IMG/VR virus record: IMGVR_UViG_3300020048_000024
Span: 32,001 to 96,000 of that record
Source: a virus
Direction: 5' to 3' (one strand)
Length of the DNA stretch: 64,000 nucleotides
A program made the position numbers and the translations under genes. How positions within the stretch are numbered: position 1 is the first letter of the stretch; the number at the start of each line of letters is the position of its first letter. Below, one piece after another: positions 12,001-24,600 of this stretch. Under the pieces are notes generated by a model that saw only the letters and a list, made by a program, of their open reading frames with translations, was not told the origin of the DNA and did no database searches.

Positions 12001-12586
12001 AACCAGAGTAGATCCAAGTACTACTAATATCATTGATCTATACTTGGTAACTCAAAGCTATTATACTCAGTATCAAAATTGGATTCAAGATACAACCGGA
12101 ACGGTATTATACCCTTCTCAGCCAACTATCAATGAACTACAACAAGCGTATGGGGATTTAGATAGTTATAAAATGATAAGTGATTCTGTAGTATTAAACA
12201 GTGTAACATTTATTCCATTATTTGGTACAAAATCTAGTACGGCACTACAGGGTACTATAAAAGTTATTGCCAATCCAGTGACCGTAGCTAGTAATAGTCA
12301 AATTGTAAGTTCAGTACTGAGCGCCATGAATACTTATTTCACTATTGGAAATTGGGACTTTGGAGATACGTTTTATATGAGTGAATTAACTGCTTATCTA
12401 CATCTTCAGTTACAAGGTCTAATAAGCTCAGTTGTATTGGTTTCTAATAATCCAAATCAAAGCTTTGGAGACTTGTACGAAATTAAATGTGCTCCTAATG
12501 AGATTTTTGTTAATGGAGCAACTGCTAATGATATCATTGTAATTTCGTCTCTTACTCCAGCCGCTTTACAGCGCGGAACGATTTAA
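9092..12586 (+). CDS. Baseplate wedge protein, T4 gp6-like
   Basis: DY..LRKS.IDYL..YYPESFNDY.ESSE...LLD.IA; ARENF.DTAERRDSV..LA....YNP; FGDG.FG.IP; TQNRMVNGEDY motifs. Confidence 0.85.
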   Translation: MPNIPLSGSTSTTSGSQTSSLSSTRQSSLFGLQDWTRIYQTYRASNLTSYDYTTLRKSFIDYLTTYYPESFNDYTESSEFIALLDVIAFMGQGLAFRDDLNARENFMDTAERRDSVIKLANLVSYNPKRNIEANGVVKVSSISTSESIFDINGVSLGNSTVFWNDPANPNWQQQFNTILNASLVNSQVIGRPGNSQDILGIQNSEYTINIVPGQNPVIPFIAQINGVLTNFELVSVTSINQSYLYELPPAPTGQFNIIYSNDGLGYGSPNTGFLFYFKQGTLRNFNFNFPERIQNNVQDINIQGINNTDTWLYSVNSNGALQELWSQVENLFISNGNSQGNSATPIFEVASRTNDQVTYIFGDGVFGEIPVGNYLAYVRSSNGLSYSIDPSEMTGIAVSLPYIGRSGNTESLTFTFDLQSVNNTAQSRQSIVDIKERAPARYYTQNRMVNGEDYTNFPFTLYNSIVKSSAVNRTSIGVSRGLDLLDPTGIYSSTNVFANDGALYLDPLPTIATFSSQNINAAIQFISLSLPIILGTTPATQYYQKYYPRYSGYYTGAASTDHRVYWQQTTLTGSTVTGYFYILTAGNVKTPIPLGVYSTYSMRYISQGAQLNFVAPVGYYFDSNDRLQPGIANPYVGDRSNIWIGVSLVIGDGYNFGNGNLETGLGPVTLNSYVPTGAFLDINQSTPAAIIPSFSSVLSSVLVNQMLDLISLKQNFALKFDNSILVTLEQWSILSTIPTNPSPTDLFITFVSSAIDNNYIVTISSTKYNFASVDQIRFIFNGSQKVYDPQSGQVFSDFINIFATNANSTNSGTLGFDRVLNVTGQPVLSDGHIDDYEVIVSSINLTSGFTYDPDFFTEIVGTSTDAYVFLQVYYDINNLYRTQVLPVGYIIYTYSTQNQVLNVIYDYPTGTVFYCKSGTTSSSDPVFFQSSLVVGTNPPVIILNDVTSEYLVATGRGGINFQYRHNSNNTTRVDPSTTNIIDLYLVTQSYYTQYQNWIQDTTGTVLYPSQPTINELQQAYGDLDSYKMISDSVVLNSVTFIPLFGTKSSTALQGTIKVIANPVTVASNSQIVSSVLSAMNTYFTIGNWDFGDTFYMSELTAYLHLQLQGLISSVVLVSNNPNQSFGDLYEIKCAPNEIFVNGATANDIIVISSLTPAALQRGTI

Positions 12587-12644
12587 ACTTAATATGATAC
12601 TTTTAATAAAAGATAAGTACTAGTAACACAGGTAAAATAACAAC

Positions 12645-15600
12645 ATGGCCACACAAGTTCGAACCTTAGATTTTCTTCCTGAAGTTTTTAGAACCGACAC
12701 TAATTCTCAGTTCTTAGCCGCTACTCTAGATCAGTTAGTTCAACAACCTGACTTTACAAGAGTAGAGGGATTTATTGGACAAAAATTTGGTTATGCAGTT
12801 GAACCAACTGACAAATATGTAGACGAACCTACACAAAGTAGATACAATTATCAACTTGATCCAAGTGTTATATTTTTAAAAGATGGCTCTCAGACAGCCA
12901 AAGACTTTATTAATTATACTGGAATTGTAAGTGCTCTTGGTAATCAAGGAGCAATAACAAATAATAATAGTAGACTGTTTGAAAATAAATTTTATAGCTG
13001 GGACAGTTTTGCTGATCTAGATATGATAGTTAACTATAGTCAGTACTATTGGATTCCTAACGGTCCCGACGCAGTTACAGTATCTACTAATAATATATAT
13101 TCACTTGACAACTATGTAACAGTTGACAGTACTAACGGATATACTATTAATGGAATTAGTCAGAAAAATCCTACGTTGACATTACTTCGTGGCGGTACGT
13201 ATACATTTCAAGTTGATCAATCATCGTCGTTTTGGATTCAGGGTGCACCTGGATTATCAGGATACGGAACAAATAATAATATTAGTACAAGAGATGTACT
13301 TGGGGTTTCGAATAACGGAATCGATAAAGGAACAGTTACATTTACTGTTCCTCAGAAAGATGCACAGCAGCAATACACATTACCCGGAAATAACTTAGTT
13401 GATATAGTATCTACTTCACAGTTCAATCAGATCAACGGTCAAAGTACCACAGTTGTAACCAATATTGACGGAGTTACTCAGCTAGACGGAAAAACATTAA
13501 TGTTTTATAATAATGGAGACTTGAGCACTCAAGTGACATATTATAATATTACTGTAGTGGCTAATACCATAGTATTATTGCCTGCTTCTGGAATCATTAG
13601 CAATCAATTAATTATCAGTACTAGTGGCACTACTTACGTAGCTAGAAATTTTTATAGAGATGATACTGGAACAATTCAACTAATTCCGTATATTAGTGCG
13701 GTATTGGATACACTATATTATCAAGATGCTGCTAATCCACTCAATGTAGGCAGAATTAACTTAATTGATTCTAATTCTACCAACACTATTAATATCAGTG
13801 ACATACTAGGCGCTACTAACTATGTTAGCCCTAATGGAGTTACATTTATTAATGGACTTAAAGTTGCATTCGAGTCAGCTACTATTCCGGAATCTTATCA
13901 AAATAATCAATATTATGTATCTGGCGTAGGTAGTTCAATAAATTTATTGCCAGTTGATCAATACTATAGTTTTGAAAGCAAGGGAGAGGGAATATATATT
14001 CCTTGGGATTTTAATCCATGGGACTCAACGGTCTGGGATCAGTCTATATATGTTCCATTAGTATCAGATTATTTGACCATCAATCGAGATAGTAGAGATA
14101 GAAATGCATGGTCACGAGGTAATCGTTGGTTTAATGTACAAGTTATTAACGCAACTGCCCTATATAACGGAACCGCAACTAGTTCAACTGCTAATACACC
14201 AGTTAGAGCACAACGTCCTATCATTCAATTCTACGGCAACTTAGGATTGTATAATACTGGCACACAATTTTTAGGATTTGTAAATCTATTTGATAATACA
14301 ACTACTGATGCATTTTTGCAAGTAGCAGGACAAACCAGCTATACTATTGACGGAATTCAATTATACAGTGGTCAAACTGTTATTTTTAATGCTGACGTAA
14401 ATCAAGGCGTTAGACAAAGTATTTTTGAGGTTGGATTTGCTCCAATCGGTCCAGATAATATAGAAGTAATTACACTTACTCCAACTCCAAGAATCAGATG
14501 GTGGTCAGATGAATTTGATACTGTGTACGATAAGAGTTTGGAATTGATTGCCGTAAACAACAATCAAGTATACATCTCGTCTGGAACAAAATATGAAGGT
14601 ACCGGATGGAGATTTTCTCAGACATTCAGTGGAGTTGATACTGATGGATCGTGGATTGAGTCTCAGTTAAAGTCGTCAGTCAATCAAGCCCCGTTATTTG
14701 ATGTATACGACATAAATGGATACTCATTAAGTAATTTAGCTCATTATCCCGGAACAACTTTTACTGGTACTAAATTATTCAGTTACACTCCCGGAACAGG
14801 AGCTAACGACTCTGTATTAGGATTCCCTATTGCATATGCTAGCACTACTAGTATTGGAGAAATTCTTTTTACCGTTAATCTAAATTACGATACCTTTAAT
14901 TATCAGCAGGGCACTACGACGATAACTGATAATATTAATATTGGTTTTATTTATAATTACATATCTGCTATCGAGTCAGTAAATCAGACTGGCTACGTAG
15001 ATGCTTATCGTCCATCGTCTCAGTATCAAGTATTTCAATTTACAGTAGCTCAGACAATTCAGTCAACATTTATATGTGATGTACTGGTAAGTTCTAACGG
15101 AGTAGTTGATACTCACAACGTATATTATAATGATTCATTGTTAAGCGATAGTCAATATTCAATAACTCTAAATGAAGCTAACAACACCACTTTAATTACG
15201 TTAATAACGCCTGCTGTAGTAGGAAGCAAAGTCACCGTTCTATTATACAGTGATCAGGTTAGCGCGACTGCTTATTATGAAATTCCTAGTAATCTTCAAA
15301 ATAATCCATTTAATACAAATATCACTAGCGTAAATATTGGCGATCTTAAGAATCAATATACGTCTATCTTTAGTAATGCATTCGGAACAATTGGTCCTGT
15401 TTTTGGTCCTAATAATATATATAATCTCGGTAATTTATCTAGATATAGTACTGAAATTATTGAAAGCAGTGCTTCAATGGTACTTCCTGGAGTCTTTTTA
15501 CGCAAGCCTGAATTAAATGTATTTGAGGCACTTCAGTACAACAGCGAACAGTACATTGAATACAAGACATTGTTGGTTAACTTAACCAATCAAAATGACT

Positions 15601-18600
15601 TTAGCATCTATACTACTCCGTCTCAGATGTTAGACACGATAATTTATCAACTATCAACTATAAAGAATAGTTCTGATTCGTTCTTTTGGAGTGATATGTT
15701 TCCAAGCGGGTCTCCGTATGTTACCAATAAATATTCGTACTCTTTCCCTATATCAACGGTTACTCTTCCATTAAGCAAAGTTTATAGCTTTACAAGTAGT
15801 AATTATAACGGCGTATTAATTTATCTTACGACTACTGTTAATTCTCAGTCAATCACTACTCAGTTGATTAGTGGCGTTGATTATGTGATCAGTGATATTA
15901 GTCCACAAGCTGTAGTAACATACAACATTGTTGACGGAGATGTCATTACAGTCAATGAGTATAATCAAACTTATGGTCAATATTGCCCAAACACTCCGAC
16001 TAAACTTGGACTATATAAAAGTTATATTCCTGGAATTATATTAGATACAACATACACTACTCCAACTTATTTTATATTAGGACACGACGGTAGTTATAAC
16101 GCTTTATACGGTGAGTATATCGACAATCACTTAACTGATTTTCGTGATCAAGTATTACTAGAATTCGAAAGTAGAGTTTATAACAACTTAAAAATAAAGA
16201 GCGTTATTCCTTTACAAGCTGAAGATGTAATTCCAGGACAATTTAGAACTACTGACTATACTTGGTCAGAAATTATTGATATATATCAAACAAATTTCTT
16301 AAAGTGGGTAGGTGCTAATAGAGTTGATTATAAAACTCAAGCATATACTAAGTCAAATCAGTTTACTTACAACTATAGTCAAAGTACAAATAAGATAGAC
16401 GGAAAACTGCTTCAGCAGGGTTATTGGCGTGGACTTTATAATTGGTTCTACGATACTAGTAATCCAGCATCTGCTCCGTGGGAAATGTTAGGGTTTGCTA
16501 ATGAGCCAACTTGGTGGTCTACTAGATACGGTGTAACTCCGTATACTAGCGATAATACATTAATGTGGACTGAAATTAGCGAGGGTTTCATATGGAATAA
16601 CGGAAATTCTTACATCAATCCGCTTTATATTAGAAGTGGTCTATTGTCAGTATTGCCAGTAGACTCACAGGGTAAGCTATTACCTCCGCTTCCTACTGTA
16701 GTTAAGAATTATTCTTCGTTGTCATTTCAACGAAATTGGCTCGTAGGTGATCAGGGCCCAGCAGAAACTAGTTATTTACGTAGTAGTACTTGGCCGTTTG
16801 ATTTAATGCGATTACTAGCATTGACTAAGCCAGCAAAATTCTTTAACTTATTTGCTGATCGTGATCTATATGTGTTTGATGAAATTTCAGGACAGTATCT
16901 ATATAATCAGCGTTATCATTTAAATTCTCGTGATATCGAAGTATATGGTAATGGCACAAGCAAGGCTAGCTATATTAACTGGGTAGTTGATTACATCAAT
17001 CAACGTGGCGTTAATGGAGCAAACTCGGTAACATCAATATTACAAAATATTGATGTTAGACTGACTTACAATCTTGCTGGATTTAGCTCAAAAGATTATC
17101 TATCTTTCTTGATCGAAAAATCTACTCCGAATTCATTGAATTCTACTTTACTGATTCCTGATAACAGTTATGAAGTATTAGTATACAACAATGTTCCAGA
17201 GCAGCAGTTAGTATATTCTAGTATTATTATACAAAAAACTTCAAGTGGTTACACCGTATGGGGAAATAGTAAAACTAATCCTTACTTTACAGTAGCAGTT
17301 CCTTCTGGAGCAGGTAAAGAAACTGTTACTGTTGGTACCACGTCTGTTACTGTTAGCACTAGCTTTTCTAATATAACCGCTTTTGTACCATACGGAGCAT
17401 TATACTTTAGTGTTCAGGGCGTAAGCGAGTTCATACAAACATACGGTCAGTATTTGATTGATAGTGGAATGAAGTTTGAGTACACTGCTAATAGTATTAC
17501 CTACAATTGGCAAAATATGATTAGACAGTTTATCAATTGGACTCAGCAGTATTGGGAAATTGGTAGCACAGTCAGCTTGAATCCTGCGGCAAAATTACTG
17601 CAAGTTATAAGTCCTGGATTAGCAGTTCGCCCATTAAATGGCCAAACTAATTTTATTCTGAATCAAAATTTACTACCATTACAAAATCAAAATGTATCAG
17701 TTGTAAGAGAAAATGAATCATTTAGCGTTCAAGTATTATCTGATGGCGATACAATTGCTCTGAGCAATCTTAATTTAGCCAGCATTGAAAGTGCAGTTAT
17801 ATTTGATAACTACACCGTGTTCAATGATACCATCTATGACTTGATTACTGGACTAAGACAAGATAGATTACTATTACAGGGATTTAAATCATCTAACTGG
17901 ACTGGTTATATGAATGCTCCTGGCTTTATCATTAGTCAGAATAATATTCAAGACTGGGAACCGTATGTCAAGTATCCTCAGGGTTCAGTAATAACTTTCA
18001 AGGGTAACTATTGGACCGCAATTGAATTGGTTCAACCTAATTCTGAGTTCAGTCAAGAACAATGGAAATACGTAGAGCAGAATCAGATTCAATTTGGATT
18101 ATTAAATAATCCAAGTACAAATGCTTATGAAAGCTTATACTACTATGATACAAAAAATCCTAGCTTAAGCAACGACAAAGATTTATTGGCATATAGTTTA
18201 ATTGGATACAGACCTCGTCAATATTTAGAAGATGCGGATTTAAGTTTGATTACTCAGGTCAATGTTTATCAAAATTTGATACAGAAAAAGGGTACAAATT
18301 TAATAGCAAATTCATTTAAAAGTGCTAATCTGTTACAGGGTCAAATTGATTACGACGTAAAAGAAAATTGGATCATTAAGACTGGATCTTTTGGAACAAT
18401 ATCTAATAGTAACTTTGTAGAAGCCAGATTAAATCAGACACTATTGACTGGCAACCCAACTATACTTGCTTTTACTGAGAATTCAGTACCAGTTACTGGA
18501 GCAGCACAAAATGTTAATGTATCTGATTTAATAAATTGGAATACTGAGCCTACTAGTCAGTACTTTTTACCTGAGCTTTCTTATCAGTATAATAACGAGC

Positions 18601-21600
18601 GTGGATTACCAAGCGCCGGCTATGTAAATCTTAGAGATATTACATTCACTACGTTTAACTTAACTGATTTAAATAACAATTCAGAAAGTGTAAATACATT
18701 GTATCGTAGTAATATTATCTGGGTAGCGAATTATATGGGCAGTTGGGACGTGTTCACTCCTGTGCCTATTGGAAGTCAAATTACTCAGATTAGTAATAAT
18801 TTAAATGGTACTGTGACTGTCACATTTGGCAAATATCATGGATTGTCTAAATATGATCCATTTGTAATATTTCAGATGGATCCTGCAGTCAACGGTTACT
18901 ATCAAGTTGCTGAAGTGGTATCGGCTACTAGCGTAGTAATTGGACTAGTACTATCATCAAATAACTTATTAATTTTTGGACCAGGACTGGCATTTAAATT
19001 AATCAGTCGTCGCTTTGCTCAGGCAAGCGAACAAGTATTTGACACTATTCAATATTCTGAATTTTATTCTAAGAACAGTTGGATTGATGAAAACACAGAC
19101 GGACAATGGGCAGTTTGGACTGCAGCTCCAATTTATAGTTCAACTCAGCTAACATTGCCAAGTGAATCATCTGCTATTGACTTTGGAACCGCTGTAGCTT
19201 ATTCAAGTAATGTTGGATCAGCAATTGCTGATAGCTCGGCTGGAATAATCTATAGATTCTATCAAGACTCTAATGGAGCAGATAAAGTACAGACTATAGT
19301 AGTAGCAAATTCTGCCATTATAACCAACATGACAGCGGTAGGATCGTATTTATTTGCTAGTGATTCATTGAATGGCAAAGTTTATGTGTATGAGTTAAAT
19401 ATAGCAAACCAATTGACAAAAATTGATTCAATATCTATCGTTAATACTGGGGCAATTGCTGTCAGTACTGATGTTCAATGGTTATACATTGCCAATTCTA
19501 CTATTAAGACGATATACATATATTCGCTGAATGATTCTACTAGCACTTATCAATTGATCAATACAATTGTGGGACCAAGCAATGCCACTGGTTTTGGAAC
19601 TAGCATTGCTACTAGCATTGACGGAACTAAATTAATAGTAGGGGCACCATATCAAGATTTACCTACTACGAATTTTACATTGAATGATAGCGGTGCTGTA
19701 TATGTATATAGCAAATCATATGAGAATTTCTTCTCTACTGGATCTAATACTTATAGTACATATTATTCAATACCTGGTAATATCGCCGATGTTTACATCA
19801 ATGATGTATTAATTACCACAGGTGTCACTATATACGGGTCTAACGTTACGTTTGACACAACTCCAGAATATGGATCTATAGTTACTGTTAGTTATGGACA
19901 CATGACTGCAGTACAAACCATGTTGAGTGCTCGACCGATTATCGGAGGCAATTTTGGATTAAGTGTAGCCACTAACAAATACGGTGCACAAATATTAATA
20001 GGAACTCCGTTTGAATTATCAACTGCTAATAATACACCTAACGTACAGGGAGCAGTTTATCGTTGGACTAATAGTGGACAGCAATACGGCTCTATTATTG
20101 GAACAGTTTCGTCTTCAACATCTGGTGTGCTATTCTTAGACGGCTACATTGTTAACTTTAATGGTTTGGCAGCAGATATAGCTGAACAAATTAACGTTCA
20201 AACTCCAAGAAACATCAAGGCAGTCGCGGTTGACAATACTTTACAAATTGGAATTATTAACGGAACTCAACAGTATATTAATAATGTCATTGATATTGTT
20301 GCTACAGAGAGTGTATTAGCTCAGCTTGGTATTACAGTATATACTAATACTCAAGTTATCGTTAGTCCGACTCTGCTTAGTATTGGAGCGTTCGGAACTA
20401 CATTGTCAATGGGCAATGATAACAGTTTAATCGTCACTGATCCAATAGCCGCTCCGTTGAGCGAAACAACGTTTGACTATAGCGCAGAAAATCAATCAAT
20501 ATCTGATTTAAGCAACTATACCATTTTTGATAACGGTAGTACTACGTTTGTAGATTCGTTTGGTCAACTTGGCGTAGTATATGAGTTCAACTACTTACCG
20601 GCATACAACGAAAGTATTACTAATAGTGGTAACTATGTATTCGGACAATATATTCAAACAATAGACAAAGTTGGGATTTCAAAATCTCCTAACTTTGGAA
20701 CTAGCATTGTTAATAATGATGGAATTATTGTAGTGGCTTCTTCAACATGGTATGAAAATGGAGATGGACTCGTTTTAAAATTCTCTCCTGTAACAGAAGC
20801 AACAAGCTGGTATCTAGATAAGACTCCATTGACACTGGTAGATGTACACAAATTAAATTATATTAGTATATATGACACTATAACAAATGAATCTATAAAT
20901 TATCTAGACTACATTGATCCAGTTCAAGGAAAACAATTAGCAGCGGTTGAAATTAACTTAGATTATATTCAGTCAACTGATCCTGCTAGTTATGTTCAAG
21001 GCTTGATATGGACTATTAAGCAAGTGGGCAGCACATGGCTAGATACTACCAATCTGCGTATGTTAAATTACAATCAACCAGATATTGAATATAATTCTAA
21101 GATTTGGGGTCAAGCATTTCCTGGAAGTTTAGCTGACATATATACATGGGTTCAAAGTTCTGTGCCTCCGATTAATTGGATCAGCGGTGGTATTGTAGTA
21201 AATTATAATTCTTACAATACTATTATGGTGATGAACAATTCGAGCAATTCGATGGTTTCTAATTATTTTTTCTGGGTTAAAAACCTTAATGAAATATCAC
21301 CAACTAAGACTCTGAGTCCATTGACAGTTAGTCAGTATGTACTCAACCCATTGAATAGCGGAATTTCTTACTTGGCGGCACTAACCACTAACGTTGTGGC
21401 ACTGATGAATACTAGCGTTAGTGTAAGAAGCAATAGTAGCGCGCTTCATATAGGATACAGTACAGGAAATAATAGTGATGAAAAGCACACAAGTTGGACT
21501 TTAATTCAAGAAAATAATGCTAGTAGTTTCTTGCCTGGACTCCCTGTGTCTATTAATTTGGCTCCTACTGGCTTATATTCTAAGTACATTGATAGTTTTT

Positions 21601-24600
21601 GTGGACAAAATGAATTTGGATATTATATTCCAAATACTAAACAACCGCTACTGACTCAATTTGGAATTGACTACTATCAAAGCATGTACGTCAATAGACT
21701 CACTGCTCTTACTAATTATATACAGTATGCCAATAATATATTGATTCAATTACCAATAGCAGAAACTAGAAATTTTTATTTCTTGAACAAAACTGGCGCA
21801 TCATATGATACAACTAGATTTTGGGAATACACTGATTGGTGGGCATCTGGATATGATTCTAGTACGATAGCGGTAGTTGAAGTTGAATATTATGCTGACT
21901 TACAAACTATAGCAGTCAATCAGCTTATCAGCGACAATGCCACTCTTATACTTGGACTTCAAGATGGCTTAATTGCTAGAGTGACTCGAAGCAATAGCGG
22001 TAACTCTCAGACGTATGTATACAACGCGGCAACTGGATGGGTATTAATCGGAATTCAGAATGGTACAATTCAATTATTGTCAACTTTATATACAGATCCA
22101 TATGGATGGGACTCTACTTCTTATGACACAGCTCCATTTGACGCCACGTATTCACAAGAAACTTACAATATTATTCGTTGGTTAAACGAACAATGTTACA
22201 TAAATGAACTTCAAATTGAACGTAATAATAGTTTGATATTAATGTTCAATTATATGACAAGCGAGTCATTAGAACAGCAGAATTATCTAACATGGCTCAA
22301 TAAAACAAGTTTGATCGATGTAAGTCATAAAGTACGCGAATTGCTTCCATATAAAAAATATCAAGCAGATAATCAAGAATTTTTGGCAGGATATCTAAAC
22401 GAAGTCAAACCATATCATGTTAAGATAAATGACTTCTTGTTCACTTATCCTGGTATAGATGTATATGATGGCTTTGTCAGTGATTTTGACTTGCCCGCTC
22501 AGTATTATTCACGTAACGGACAATTTGAAAGTCCAATATTGGTATATACTAGTACTAACACTCTTAATGAGTATTTGCCGACCAGTGATATATGGCAACA
22601 ACAGGAATACACTAACTGGTTTAGTAACTATGGACTAAGTGTTAATAATGAAAATTTAATTAATAATATTACTCAGAGTAGCGCGGATATATCATCGTCA
22701 AGCTTAATCATTCCAGTTAAGAATTCATATGGGTTTCCTATAAGTGGAACTATTATAATTGGCGCAGAAAAGATATCTTATTCAAGCGTGAACCATATTA
22801 CTTCAGAGCTAATAGTAATTAATAGAGGATTGGATAACACAGTAGCAACTGCTCACTTAGCAAACTCTAGTATTAATGCTAGTTTGCCAGCAATTATAAT
22901 TATAGACGGCGGCAGAGGATATGTTGAACCTCCGATTGTCAATGTAGCAATTGATACTATTCAATATCCTAGTCCTAGAACACCTACGGTGCTGTCATCT
23001 GTTGTCAGTGACGGAAAAGTAAACTCTATTACTGTAGTAGACGCTGGTTCTGGATACGCAACTGCTCCGACAATAACAATTGCTGCTAGTAGCATTAATG
23101 CCGTGTTCGATGATACTGACATTGATCTGATTACTAATACCATCACTATTAGTAATCATCCTTTTATAACTGGCGATTCGATTACTTATCGATATGACAG
23201 TGTTACTACAGTGGCTCCCGTTGGATTGACCAATAATAGTTATTATTATATAAGATCAATTGACGTAGATACTATAGCATTGTATTATTCACTCAGAGGA
23301 GCTTATGATTTAGATAAAGTGTTAGAATACGATACTGATAGAGTAGAATTAATTACAGTTGGATCTGGACCAGACAATATATTGGCAGTTACTGCCAAGG
23401 CAATTGCTTTCAACGGCGGTCGTCCTGTTCGTGAAGTAAGCACCACTATCAAATTTGATAGAATAAGTTACGGTAGTAACGTTGCTCCATGGGGCGGCGG
23501 CATTACATATATTGCTCTTGTGAGTCTAGTAACGTATGCAGGAAAATTATGGCAATGTATTAATTCTAATACGTCTCCAAAATTTAACTATGACAATTGG
23601 GTTCAAATTTACAGCGATAATAGAATTCTAAACGCAGCAGACAGAGTGGCAGCATTCTATGATCCAACTGCTAATATGTCTGGTAATGATATCAGACAAT
23701 TAATGACTGGAGTTGAATATCCTAATTCAAATATATTGGGACCATCATTTAATTATGGTCTAAAAACATGGGATACTACTGGATGGGACGCTAATTTATG
23801 GGATCAAGATGTAACATTTTCCGTAGATTCTAATATTATTAGCCCTACGTTTAGTTACGACCCATTAACTAATCCAAACGTATATGATATTCAAGGCGGA
23901 CGATTTGAAGATGGTTACGGCCCAGAAGAACTAGTTCCGGGATTAGTAATAGACGATCTTGAATTCAATGTTACTACCGATCCGGATACTCTCCCGATTG
24001 GTCAGTATTTAGACTTTAGAATTTCAGTTAACAAGTACGGCGCTGGAACTGTATATAATACTAATCCATTTACTCAAACATCTTTATCACATGACTTTGT
24101 TAGTAAAAATGGACTCGGAGATGTACTCTATGTAGAGAATGCCAGTAGACTAGTTAGTGTCACTGATCAAATTGTTACTACTAATAGTAGTGGAGTAGTC
24201 ATGATCGAATGTAATTTATCAGAAATGACAGCTCCAATTGAAATTCATATTCCTAATACGTTCACTTATAGAACATTGTTCAATAACTACGTTGAGTTAA
24301 CGATTGATGGGATTACTTCTCCTACTGAAATTGTCGTGACTACAACTATTGGCAATATGCTATTGTTAAATTCTGAATACATTCAGTTTTCATTAATTGA
24401 CATTGTTGCCAATACTGTAACTGGATTATCTAGAGGTAGAAAAAATAGTATTACTAATTCATTTGTTGCAATCGGAACTATAGTTCAGAGTGTGTTAGAT
24501 AGAGATAAACTCGATCAGCAATATTATGATCAATGGTGGTATGATATCAACGGATGGGACGGATCAAATTGGGATATGGATTTGTGGGATCAGTATTTTA

